From contig NC_042998.1 in assembly GCF_006345805.1 (NCBI RefSeq), positions 185,380,001 to 185,444,000 of the forward strand: DNA of 64,000 nt. The letters run 5' to 3'. Positions 14,301-24,229 of this stretch are shown here, piece by piece. The translations under genes and the position numbers were made by a program. The notes below the pieces were generated by a model that saw only the letters and a program-made list of their open reading frames with translations, was not told where the DNA came from and searched no databases. The DNA comes from Octopus sinensis (Eukaryota). How positions within the stretch are numbered: position 1 is the stretch's first letter; every line of letters begins with the position of its first letter.

Positions 14301-17300
14301 GTGGGTGCTTTTTACGTACCACCAGCATGGGCGCCAGTCAGGCAATACTGGCAACGACTTACACTCTGTCGAGTATGCACTCTATCTTAGAATTCAGTTC
14401 AGAGTGTATCGTAAAAAGCACCATCCGTTCGTGTCCGTTGCCAGCCTCGTCTGGCCCCCGTGCTGGTGGCACGTAAAAGCACCATCCGTCCGTGGCCGTT
14501 TGCCAGCCTCGCCTGGCCCCCGTGCTGGTGGCACGTAAAAGCACCATCCGTCCGTGGCCGTTTGCCAGCTCCGTCTGGCACCTGTGCGGGTGGCACGTAA
14601 AAAGCACCCACTACACTCACAGAGTGGTTGGCGTTAGGAAGGGCATCCAGCTGTAGAAACACTGCCAGATCAGACTGGGCCTGATGCAGCCTTCTGGCTT
14701 CACAGACCCCAGTTGAACCGTCCAACCCATGCTAGCATGGAAAGCGGACGCTAAATGATGATGATGATGTTGTCTGCTTTCTCTCTTACTCCTACAATGA
14801 CCTACTCTTTAGTACAGGCTGATTTCATGCCACTTCTTAGACACTCCTGATTCATTCATCTCTGTCCCTCTTAGCATTCAGCCTGTGCCTGCCATTACAC
14901 ATTTACTCCAGGCTCCATACAAACCACTACACACAACTCTCCTTCTCCAGACGTCATCACTCTCAAACTTCCTCGCTGCTCCTGTTGTCCCTGCAGTTGT
15001 TATTTGTAACTAGCCAAGAGTAACCCTAACTGCATCGATATCACCCAGTCTTGAAGGGTCTGTGAAGGCTATGGACACAGTCACTTCCTACAGACTAATG
15101 AAACTTAAAGAAAAAGAAATTAGGTATTTTTGCATTTCTACATGATCTCAAACAATTTATACAAGTGTCTAAATTTTTAGACTTATCCAACTTAAACTGC
15201 ACAGAATAAGATAAAAAAAAGCAAAAAAAACAAAAATAAAGTAGTAACTTACATCCCCTTCTGTTTGGCTTTTGTCCATGGTTCATTGACTTTTAATTGT
15301 CTTTGTTTTTCTCTGCATGGAGGGCATATACACTTTTTCTCGGTATCACTAGCACTATCTACAATCGGAAAGAAATACTAAATCAAATAAAGTATGTGCA
15401 TTGCTGTTCCATTCTGCCACAATTTCAAAAGACATACAGGACACATTGGTAATTCAAAAATTAATAAATAAGATAAAAAAAATGTTCTCTTTCCATAGAT
15501 GCAAACAAGGCTGTGTTGTTAAGAAGTTCACTTTGCAACCATGTTTGATCCCACTGCATTGCACCCACAACAGATGTCTTCAATTACAGCTTCAGGTTCA
15601 TCATCATCATCATTGTCATTTAACGTCTGCTTTCCATGCTGGCATGGGCTGGAATGTTTGACTGAGAACTGGTAAGCCACACCAGATTCCAATCTGATTT
15701 GGCATGGTTTCTATGGCTGAATGCCCTTCCTAATGCCAACCACTCCAAGAGTGTAGTGGGTGCTTTTTACATGCCACTGGCATGGCTGACAGTTACATAA
15801 CATCAGCATCAGCCATGACTATGATCTCATTTGCCTTGACAAGTCTTCTCAAATGTGGTATATGGCCAAAGGTTTTGGTCACTTGTCATTGCCTCTGTGG
15901 GGCCTAATGTTCAAAGGGTGCTTTTTACATTCAACTGGCACAGGTCCCAGTTACACAACACTGGCATCAGCTTGATGGGTCTTCTCAAGCACAGCATATC
16001 ACCAAAGGTCTCAGTCACTTGTCATTGCCTCCACGAGGCCCAACGTTCAAAAATCATGCTTCACCACCTCATCCCATGTCTTTCTGGGTCTACTTCTTCC
16101 ACAGGTTCCTGCCACCGTTAGAGATCATCACTTCTTCACACAGCTGTCCTCAGCCAGAATTTAGAAGACAGAAACTGAGCAGAATTTTGTCATGTGCATG
16201 TAGGCATGCATGCAAACCAATGTTGATGCCATTTTATGTCCAGTAACTTAGCAGTTCAACAAATAGATTTATATATATAGCAGATTGAAGTATACTGATA
16301 TGACCAAGTAAAAATATTTGAAGTGGATACTCAAGTCTATAGGAACAGGCATGGCTGTGTGGTATGAAGATGGCTTCCCAACCATATGCCTCCAGGTTCA
16401 GTCCCACTGTATGGTATCTTGAGTGTCTTCTACTATAGCCCCAATTCAACCAATGCTTGGAAGTGGATTTGGTAAGTGGAAACTGAAAGAAACCCAGCAT
16501 GTGTGTATGTGTGTGCCACAGCACCACTTGACAACCAGTGTCAGTTTGTTTACATCCCCTTAACTTAGTAGTTTAGGATAAGAGAAAAACGGAATAAGTA
16601 GGCTTTAAAAATAAACACTAGGGGTTGATTCTTTAATTAAAACCCCTTCAAAGCAGTGCCCCAGTATGGCCAGTTCAATGACTGAAACAAGTAAAACATA
16701 AAAGATCCAATGACTGAGGTCAGTAAAAGAATATGCATTATTCATCATTATCATTTTGCTATACACTTTTCCATATTTGCATGGACCAAATATAAATTCT
16801 TGAAGCAGATCACCAATTGTCAAGTGCTTTCCCTGTCACCAAGAAAGATATTTCCCCTCAAATATGAGCAACATAGTGGTTTGGACATGATTTTATGGAA
16901 TTTTCACCAAACACCATTTCCATCAGAGTGACATTCGTTGATAAGCACATGATATCAAGACAAGGAGAAGCAGACATATACAATTGGCTGCTGTCAGCTC
17001 CTGTCAACCAAATCTACTCACAAAGTTGGCTTTGGATGGCTCAGACCTCTAGTAGAGGACAAAGTGTTGGGCAGTGGAAATGAACCTGAAACCACATGGC
17101 TGCAAAGTGAATTTCTTAACCACAACCATATCTATGCTTATCCACACCCGCACCAATGATTTCAGCTGTTACTCACTAGGATAGTGAGTAAAATCAGAAA
17201 TAAATTGTCTTATGTACTACTGTATGTGAATGTTTCCATACTGCATTTTTTATATATGTTTCTTTATTACCCACAAGGGGCTAAACATAGAGGGGACAAA

Positions 17301-20300
17301 CAAGGACAGACAAAGGGATTAAGTCGATTACATCGACCCCGAAAGGATGAAAGGCAAAGTCGACCTCGGCGGAATTTGAACTCAGAACGTAACAGCAGAT
17401 GAAATATGGCTACGCATTTCGCCCGGCGTGCTAACGATTCTGCCAGCTCGCCGCCTATTTTTTATATAACCTGCAGCCTGTTCAGCACATGACAAGTTAA
17501 ATAGAGATATGCCATATGCTTAGCATTCAAATAAATTGCTAAAAAGTTAAGATTTTCAGTTAATTGCATCAAATGGGGAAATGGTAGCAATGGTATACAA
17601 AAATAGTAATGGCTCTTTTACACTGGGTCACAATTACAACTTTTTTAGCGAAAGAAAAGTTCTTTAAGCCCATTTAACCTTCTTACTATACGAAAATAGT
17701 AAACATTGATTAAAATACTCCATATTTTATTATTTTTGAAACAATAAATACATCTTGATACCATCTATACACATTCCAAACAATTTCTGTCGCATCATTA
17801 AAACATTTGGCTTATTCATTTAATATAATAGTAAAGCTTGTTTCATAGGCACAGGATTTAGAGGGAAATATATTGAAAAGTTAAATGAGTGTTCTTGTAC
17901 ATGTATCAACGTTCATCCAGGATGAGCTGAATAAGCTGGACCCAGTAAATTTAAAGTATCACATACAGAGGCCAACCACACTTGGTATCATGGGCACCTA
18001 ACATTGAGATCATCTGTTAGTCATGATTCCAAGGGTGGACAACATATATATATGCAAGGACCAAATATAGATTCTTGATAAATCTTGACCATAATAATCC
18101 ATATTTTCAGTTGCTCACCTCACTACTTACACTGTCCTGCAAGTTTGCCTGTTGACAAAAGGCATGACTGAACTAATGAAGGCACCTTTTGGACAAAAAT
18201 TGTTGAAGGGAATCAATCTGACAATAATGAGGAATTTGGAGCTGGACACAAAATCAGTAAAAGAGTAAACACAATGGATTCAGAAGGCAAAAGTAGTCAT
18301 ATATTCCTAGCCTGCATAAGTAACCACATGATTGAATGGTGATTAAGCACTTGATACTTGGGAAAATTTGTAGCTACATGGATCTCTAGCCAAGCTTAAA
18401 ACCAGCTTTGATGATAACAATGCAGTACACTCCCAGTGAATGCTGGCAACTACTGTATATGTGTTGTTCCTTCTCGAGCCATGCCTGGCTCATAAGGGCC
18501 GGTTTCCCAGTTTCCTTGGCATATAGGTTCCCCACCTGGACGGGATGCCAGTCCGTCGCAGGTGAGCTGCAAGATGCAAGAGGAAAGAGTGAGAGAAAGT
18601 TGTGGCGAAAGAGTCAGCATAAGTTCTGCCATTACCTTCTGCTAGAGCCGCGTGGAGCTTAGGTGTTTTCGCTCATAAACATACACAGCACCTGATCTGA
18701 GATTCAAACCCACGATCCCTCGACCGCCTGTCTAACCACTAGGCCATGTGCCAGCATACAATATGACTGTGTACAAGATGACCCTATTTAAAAAGTGAGT
18801 ATAAGACTACCCCAAGATTTTGTAGAAAATAGGTCAAGCCCTGAAGGCTCAAGGTTCAAAGATAAAGGGATCAAGTGGAAAGACATTGTGGCCTTCCAAG
18901 ATTCCAACATGGAGTCAACCAGTAACCGAATCAGTATGGTTTTTATAGGAGCTGAGATTGTATATATATCAAATGTTCACCTTCAAGAGGATTCTAGAAC
19001 AATGTTGAAGATAGCAACAGCAAACCATTTGCAGCAGCCTTTGATTCTTTTAACTGCAGCACACACACACCTGAGATCTCATATGTGCAGTTGAATTACT
19101 TGTGAAGCCACTGAATCTAATTAGAGCACACAACAGCTTTTGTATCTTGTCAAATTTCTTCCAACCACTTTCATTTCTTCTAGGAATTAATAATAAAGTT
19201 ACAAACGTTTAAAGTTATGCAATTCTAGCCAATCGAAAGCTTTCGTTTGGCAGGATATTGTTTGTGCTGATTTCCATTACTATGGAGATCAACACACACA
19301 CTAACCTTCGACCTGCTAGAAATAGCAGCCAAATCTTCCCTAAACTATAACATAACGTCTAAAAAAACCCAAAATACGAAACGTTGTGATACAGCACAGT
19401 CTATTTTCTTGCTTGAAGCAGGCCCAAGAGTTTTCTACTTGTTGGGTGTTATTAAAATTAAATGAATCTCCACTCGAATTTAAATCTCTATTATCATACT
19501 CACAACATTCAAAAATTATAAACAAAGCTTAAACACCCTACTTTTTGTTTACAATCTTATCATAGAGATAACAAAAAGAAAGTTTATTTAATATCGATCT
19601 GTGAAAACCAGTGAAAGTTTTGAGGGTCATAAGCACGACCAAAAATTACCTCTGTAACAATGTTTCGTCCTTTTCGTTTAGTGGTTAGACTCTATTTACA
19701 ATTTTCGTAGTTTGTGAGTGGGGCAAAAGATTTACATACGTGAAGATTCACTTTCACTTAAAAGTTATGAATAACAAACACTCAACAAGTAGAAAGAACT
19801 TGGGCCTGCCTCAAGCGAGGAAATAAACGGAGCTGTGGCACAATGTTTCGTCCTTTGTGCTTTTTAGACGTCATTGAAGTTTAAGGAAGATTTGGCTGCT
19901 ATGTCAAAGCAGGTTGAGAATCATGTAAAAGTTTATGTGCAGATCAGCATAAATATGCTGCCAAAAGGAGACTGACAATTGGCTAAAATTGTAACTTTTT
20001 AAAATAATCTGAACATTTGAAAAACTTCAATTAGTTGGAAGAAATTTAACAAGCTCTGCATGAGCAAATGTCCGCTGTTAAGATGAAGAATCTGATTCCT
20101 TCAAAATTTGTTCTCATGTACAGCAGGGATGTTTTCTGTCTCCACTACTCTTCAACTGTTGACTGAATCACAGAGTGATCCAGTCGGTACAGTTACTAAA
20201 TCTGGAGGACTGTCCCGGTGTCACTATTGGACACGATTTCACTATTTGACTTAGGCTATGCTGACAACCATGCGATAAGTGGCGACAACTATGTGGACGA

Positions 20301-22484
20301 AATTATGTGGATGTCTAATCAGCCATACATGTTGGCATGAAAATCAATGCAGTTAAGACAAAGACTTTATTTGCAAACATCTCACTCTGTATTTAAAAAG
20401 AAAAGGTCCTTCCCATATTGAACGTCAAAATTCTGGATGAGGTTGATCAATTCACATACTGTGGTGCTATTTTCACTACCATAGACTGCATTCTATCAAG
20501 CGAATATTTAACTAAATGTCAAAGCGACCTTACAAGACTAAACATTGGCATAAAAGGTCTCTCAATGAAGATGAACCTTCATAATAACATTTTCACTACA
20601 AAAGAATTTGTATACACAAGGTCCAAAATCCAACCATGCTTGATGGTGACAATGCATCTAAGATTGCCAAAAACTGTTTGTCAAAGTCAGTGCCAAGACA
20701 ATCAGTTAACACACTCTCCACAGAACATCATTACCCCCAAACACAAATACACACACGAAGCCCCAAAATATCTTCTCCCTCTGCTCTTTTGTTCCTCTGA
20801 ACAACTCTTGCTTTCCAAAAATGCAACATTCCGAAATCTGCCTATCTACATTTTCAAGTCAATAAGATTTCAAGTTAGACATCAACTAGATCAACCTGAC
20901 CAGTCTGGGTGCGTTTGAACATATCATGCACGAGATTCTTTCTCTCGAGCCTTTTTGTAAAAAGCCCAAGATAAGGATGATTGGAATCCCGTTACTTTAG
21001 GTAGGTGTCTTACCTTACATATACACCTTTACAGAAGACTGATGTCAATTTAGTCGGGGTGTATATAAAGCTGTTGAACTTCAACTCTACGCAAAAGTCG
21101 TAAAATAAACTTCAACGTCACCAAGATGTAGACAATTCACTTAAGATTTAACAAAACTTTTCACCAAGTAAACTGAAGAAATTAAGATAGTCTCTCCTTT
21201 GAGCTTTCATAGAAGTTTGTTTTTATGTAGTTTCCGGATTAAAACAACTAATTAAATTATCATAAACTGTGATTAAATTTACTAATTTTATTTATATTAA
21301 CGAAACGTATTTTCAAATACACGGTTTAACTTATGAAATTCATCATTTCTTTGTATGGTGAAAATTAAATCGTTAGAAAACGCCGGATTCAATTTTCTTT
21401 AATTATCGACATAGATTATTGCGTGTTCTTTTTATTTTTAGAAGAAATCTATGCTGTAATAAAAACGTTAATTAAACATTGGATAATTAAAATGGGACGA
21501 AAAATAAGCATAGAACTTATGATCAGTAAACATGGAAATATAGATTCAGTTAATGAAAGATTCCCTAAGTTCACTTTTTCACGTTTTTTTTTTAAATTTT
21601 AAATCAAATGTTCTCAAGTTAACAACAACAGATTTAAAAAGCCATAGCTTTCATAAACACAGCTGTTGACATTTTCCAGCGATTGATTAAAATCCTGACG
21701 TGTCCTCCGTGGGAAAACTTTCTTATATGGTTCTAGACTGGAAAGACGACTTTTGAGATTCTATTTAAGAAATCGTATAATCAAACGACAGAGATCTTTG
21801 TACATAGAAATTATTCCTTCCAGCCCGTTGAGTATTTTATTTGTAATAAACAAGTAATGTAAACAAGTATTTATTTGTAATAGTAATAATATAAAACAAG
21901 TAGTTTTAATTCAAATCAGTTGCCAAACGTAAACAAAAATACAGGCATATTGTTCCACTAAGATAATAAATACAAATTTCCAACAAGGTATTAAATTATG
22001 GGAAAGGGTAAATGAGTAATTATTATTATTTATAAGTGTAATTCATTCAACATTGTTTGGGTGGAATTAAAAGCATGTCGAGACGGAAATGGAATTAATG
22101 CTCAGCAGAAATTACAAAATGCTTTATGTAAAATATTAAGAAAAAAATTTTTTTTTGGAAGATTCGTTGAAATTTTCAATTTAAAATACGACTTATATAA
22201 AAGGTTGCAAAATAAAAATAAGACAGGACATATATTCGGTATAAGAAAATATGTGTGACTGAAATGTCTTAACTGACACGTATGTATCGAAAGGGTTGTG
22301 TGATTAAAGAGTTTTGTTTGAAGGAAAAAATATAATGAAACGTATATTGAGTAAACTGACCTTTCTTTGAACTACGAGGCCACAGATAACATGTAGCTGG
22401 AAAAAGAACTAAAAACCAAAAGGAGAGTAAAAAATAATAAAATGTTCCTCCCTGTTCGTCATACTCAAAATGCATGCCCGCCAT
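861..22484 (-). CDS. SEC63: SEC63 translocon/J-domain protein, coding exons 1-11 (gene continues beyond the left edge)
   Basis: Exons (minus): 22484-22361, 15358-15253, 13311-13197, 9766-9651, 8970-8909, 8562-8504, 6979-6929, 5241-5133, 4279-4185, 2407-2272, 953-861. All introns are GT-AG and phases are continuous (1066 nt). Translation starts [22 protein letters not shown] and includes J-domain [37 protein letters not shown] and [10 protein letters not shown], matching human SEC63 as recalled. Confidence 0.97.
1410..1648 (-). mobile_element. tRNA-headed SINE (CORE-like body, tail type X)
   Basis: Minus-strand head GGAGGCGTGTGGCTTAGTGGTTAG...GGTTTCGATTCC carries A/B boxes; tail shared with the 10426 and 18461 copies. 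Confidence 0.75.
2272..2407 (-). CDS. SEC63: SEC63 exon 10
   Basis: [45 protein letters not shown]; 136 nt. Confidence 0.95.
4185..4279 (-). CDS. SEC63: SEC63 exon 9
   Basis: [32 protein letters not shown]; 95 nt. Confidence 0.95.
4491..4859 (+). mobile_element. Second CR1 3' fragment (same family, shortened 3'UTR)
   Basis: Close match to 327-772; (ATT)8 tail. Confidence 0.85.
5133..5241 (-). CDS. SEC63: SEC63 exon 8
   Basis: [36 protein letters not shown]; 109 nt. Confidence 0.96.
5305..5394. repeat. 3 x 30-bp minisatellite
   Basis: Units start RGTTCA at 5305, 5335 and 5365. Confidence 0.8.
5399..5765 (+). mobile_element. tRNA-headed SINE (body B, tail type Y)
   Basis: GGAGGCGCAATGGCCCAGTGGTTAG..GGTTTCGATTCC; body shared with the 10426 and 18461 copies. 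Confidence 0.75.
5790..6720 (-). mobile_element. Degenerate RLE-type (R2/R4/NeSL superfamily) non-LTR retrotransposon 3' remnant, split by a SINE
   Basis: Minus translation gives a zinc-knuckle remnant ([21 protein letters not shown]), then [29 protein letters not shown], and after SINE removal [15 protein letters not shown]; a PD-(D/E)xK restriction-like endonuclease pattern. Confidence 0.7.
6027..6261 (+). mobile_element. tRNA-derived SINE (GGCGGCGAGCTGGCAGAA family), full length with 16-bp TSD; other copies ~2753-2920, 17258-17456(-), 28965-29170, 31290-31480(-), 55060-55160(-), 57230-57390(-), 61700-61932(-)
   Basis: B-box GAGTTCAAATTCC; TSD GGTATTATTTTAACCT at 6011-6026 and 6262-6277. 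Confidence 0.85.
6929..6979 (-). CDS. SEC63: SEC63 exon 7 (TM3)
   Basis: [17 protein letters not shown]; 51 nt. Confidence 0.95.
7137..7534 (-). mobile_element. ~400-bp tRNA-headed SINE (AGGCGCAGGAGTGGCTGTGTGG family)
   Basis: A box TGGCTGTGTGG, B box GGTTCAGTCCC, internal (TA/TG)n, (AAAGAGT)n tail. Confidence 0.85.
8089..8321 (+). mobile_element. Non-autonomous hammerhead-bearing element ending in (TA)n, copy 1
   Basis: Dispersed repeat (copy 2 at 35226-35430 minus); contains CTGACGA-A-GAGC-TCC-GCTC-GAAAC-ATT. Confidence 0.7.
8160..8194 (+). ncRNA. Minimal type I hammerhead ribozyme motif, mutated (AUU at cleavage triplet)
   Basis: Core CUGACGA at 8164-8170, stem II GAGC/GCUC, GAAAC at 8183-8187; the G expected at 8188 is A. 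Confidence 0.55.
8504..8562 (-). CDS. SEC63: SEC63 exon 6
   Basis: [20 protein letters not shown]; 59 nt. Confidence 0.96.
8909..8970 (-). CDS. SEC63: SEC63 exon 5
   Basis: [20 protein letters not shown]; 62 nt. Confidence 0.96.
9005..9422 (+). mobile_element. Same SINE family, opposite orientation; further good copies 34520-34915(+) and 50163-50545(+), many degenerate copies
   Basis: About 90% similar by eye to the reverse complement of 7137-7534. Confidence 0.85.
9651..9766 (-). CDS. SEC63: SEC63 exon 4 (J-domain HPD)
   Basis: [38 protein letters not shown]; donor gtaagt. Confidence 0.96.
10426..10723 (-). mobile_element. tRNA-headed SINE (body B, tail X); second copy at 18461-18752
   Basis: Two highly similar copies with a B-box GGTTCGAATC head. 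Confidence 0.8.
10967..11312 (+). mobile_element. Helentron-associated (HINE/DINE-1-like) non-autonomous element
   Basis: 5' ACTAGC start inside a 13-bp hairpin (ACTAGCACTATGA / TCATAGTGCTAGT); 3' end ..TTATATAGAGAGAGAT. Confidence 0.55.
13197..13311 (-). CDS. SEC63: SEC63 exon 3
   Basis: tttcag|...|gtgagt; [38 protein letters not shown]. Confidence 0.95.
13455..13666. mobile_element. piggyBac-type MITE, family 1
   Basis: TTAA|CCCTTT...AAAGGG|TTAA; a lone right end also at ~6721-6760. Confidence 0.75.
14142..14769. repeat. Inverted pair of the abundant (GAT)n-tailed dispersed element (~20 copies in the window, e.g. 12850-13100, 25525-25800, 27368-27580, 30540-30858, 36270-36512, 39340-39663, 44970-45210, 53300-53550, 55195-55430, 60340-60747, 61135-61355)
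   Basis: Shared core GAGTGGTTGGCGTTAGGAAGGGCATCCAGC...CCAACCCATGCTAGCATGGAAAGCGGACGTTAAA(TGA)n; the tail resembles RTE LINE 3' ends. Confidence 0.85.
15253..15358 (-). CDS. SEC63: SEC63 exon 2
   Basis: ttgtag|...|gtaagt; [36 protein letters not shown]; phase 1 to 2. Confidence 0.9.
19214..19995. mobile_element. Fold-back element with ~230-240 bp degenerate inverted arms
   Basis: 19214-19453 aligns by eye with the reverse complement of 19770-19995. Confidence 0.6.
20090..20480 (+). mobile_element. Degenerate RTE-like reverse transcriptase fragment
   Basis: [13 protein letters not shown] and [15 protein letters not shown] remnants with stops. Confidence 0.6.
22361..22484 (-). CDS. SEC63: SEC63 exon 1 (start codon, TM1)
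   Basis: ATG at 22484; [41 protein letters not shown]; donor G|GTCAGT; 124 nt. Confidence 0.96.
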
Positions 22485-23547
22485 CTTTAATGGTGGGGAT
22501 GGAGGTGGAGGAACTTATAACTCCGCAGTTTCCTCCTCTTCCGGACTATAAAACCCTGCTCGCAATTAAAAGTTGTTGCTTTTTTTTATCTTTATCTTTC
22601 TCTTCTCACAAGAAAAAATTTGATTCGATTCATAACAATTAATTTAAGAATAACTGCAGATATCAAATAGCTGCAATATTCGTAATAATATTTCAGTTAT
22701 TTATTAGTGAATTTTTATTTCGGTACTAAAGTAATACTTGCTTCGTTATTCGAGACTTAAACATAATTATCTTCAACATTTTTAATGCCTAGAGAATTAA
22801 AAACTTAATTAGAAGTAAATATGTGGTGACGACAAACGATATTAGTCAATGGCAATTATTGTTTACAGTGTTTGTTAAGTAGGGGAGACTACTTGATACA
22901 TGTGTCGATATTATTTGCCCTCATCTAAGAAGCATAACTTGCATCGTTCTTTAAAAGGTTGATGAGCTGTGGGGGAGGGGGTCATTAAATTATTACTAAC
23001 TAATTTTTTAAATCTTTCTTTATTAAATACGTTTACAGTAACTTACCTTTTATTTTTATTTATTTATAATGCAAATAGTGCCCAGACAGTAAATAAAACA
23101 ACTGGCTATTGTGATATAACAGAATATAACCCCTGCATGTAGGCTTTGATATGAAAGGGAAATATCCAGTAAACTTTAATGGGTTGATGGCAAGATACAT
23201 CCTACTTCAGGTTATTGAGTATGAGGAGAAATATTTTGAAATTTAACTCCTTTTCGGGAATCTCCCAAAAGCTACATCCCGATTTTTGCTTTCTTCCTCC
23301 AAGTAGAAAATGAAGTTTTTGTTGCTTTGTTTTTTTTTTTGCAACACTTATGTATATGTAAGGTTTGGGTCACCAATTCGTAAGGGTAGAAGTTGTTTTT
23401 TTTTGTAATCAATGCTTGTTATGGTGCAACGTTGGGATCACCAATTTGTAACAGTTAAAGTAAATTTGTAAACAATAGTATGGAACTTTGGAGTCATCAC
23501 CAGTTTGTAAGGCTGGTTCTTCGTTGAAGTCGAGGGTCATCACCAAT

Positions 23548-24161
23548 TGTAATAGTTTGTTGTTAGTTGATTGCCATTATGTAAAGATGAAAGAACAGTG
23601 ATTGAAGTTGTAAAGAAAATATTTATTTTACCATTACATTGTAAAATACCTTGCCTCAATGGGCAGGTGATAAATTCATAAAGCATGCAAAATAAAGATA
23701 AATGTCATAGATTTTCCTTGAATAATTTGTGTTTGTGTTCTCATCATTGTGTAGTAGAAACTACAGATAGAAATAGAGTGATGTTGTAAGAGAAAATAAA
23801 GTGAGCTAGTGAGAGTGAGAGAGTGTGGGACAAAACAACTGCTTCGTTGGTGAGTTACTATAGTTGTCCTTTTGTGCCCTTTTCTTTTGCGACGGCATTT
23901 TGTTCAGCCGGTCAGCCAGATTCCATTCTCACTAACTTGGATTTTCAATAGCTCACTAACTTTTGCTTGGGGGTTCTTGTTTTTATAACTATCCAAAACT
24001 AGCCAGAAGGATAGACATATTGCTGAGAACAATAGATTTCGTTGGTGGTACTTGTTATCTTAATTCTAACTTTTGGTGAAATAGAAGAGGTTAGAAGAGT
24101 CAAGTGGCGAAGACATTATTTTGCTTAGCTAAGGCATCTAGCAAATGTAATGTCTGTCACA
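23548..24161 (-). mobile_element. LTR (TGTGA...TTACA) with TATA and polyA signal, followed by PBS-like repeats
   Basis: Minus TATAAAA at 23987-23981, AATAAA at 23627-23622; TGGTGA.. motifs begin right after the ..TTACA end. Confidence 0.5.
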
Positions 24162-24229
24162 GAAAAACTATTGTTTTACGGTGAGAAAAGTGCTGTTGAA
24201 GTGTTAATAGACAATGGGCTATATACCTG

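Noticed and set aside
14410-14595. Regular ~62-bp repeats as a CRISPR array
   Set aside because: They are contiguous tandem monomers without unique spacers, inside a eukaryotic dispersed repeat; no cas genes are present.
20418-20918. 166-aa ORF
   Set aside because: Only its first ~20 residues resemble an RTE RT fragment; the rest has no recognisable homology or splice context.
23361-23553. Repeat-spacer pattern as CRISPR-like
   Set aside because: The repeats are short, degenerate and irregularly spaced; a tRNA-Trp PBS match explains them better.
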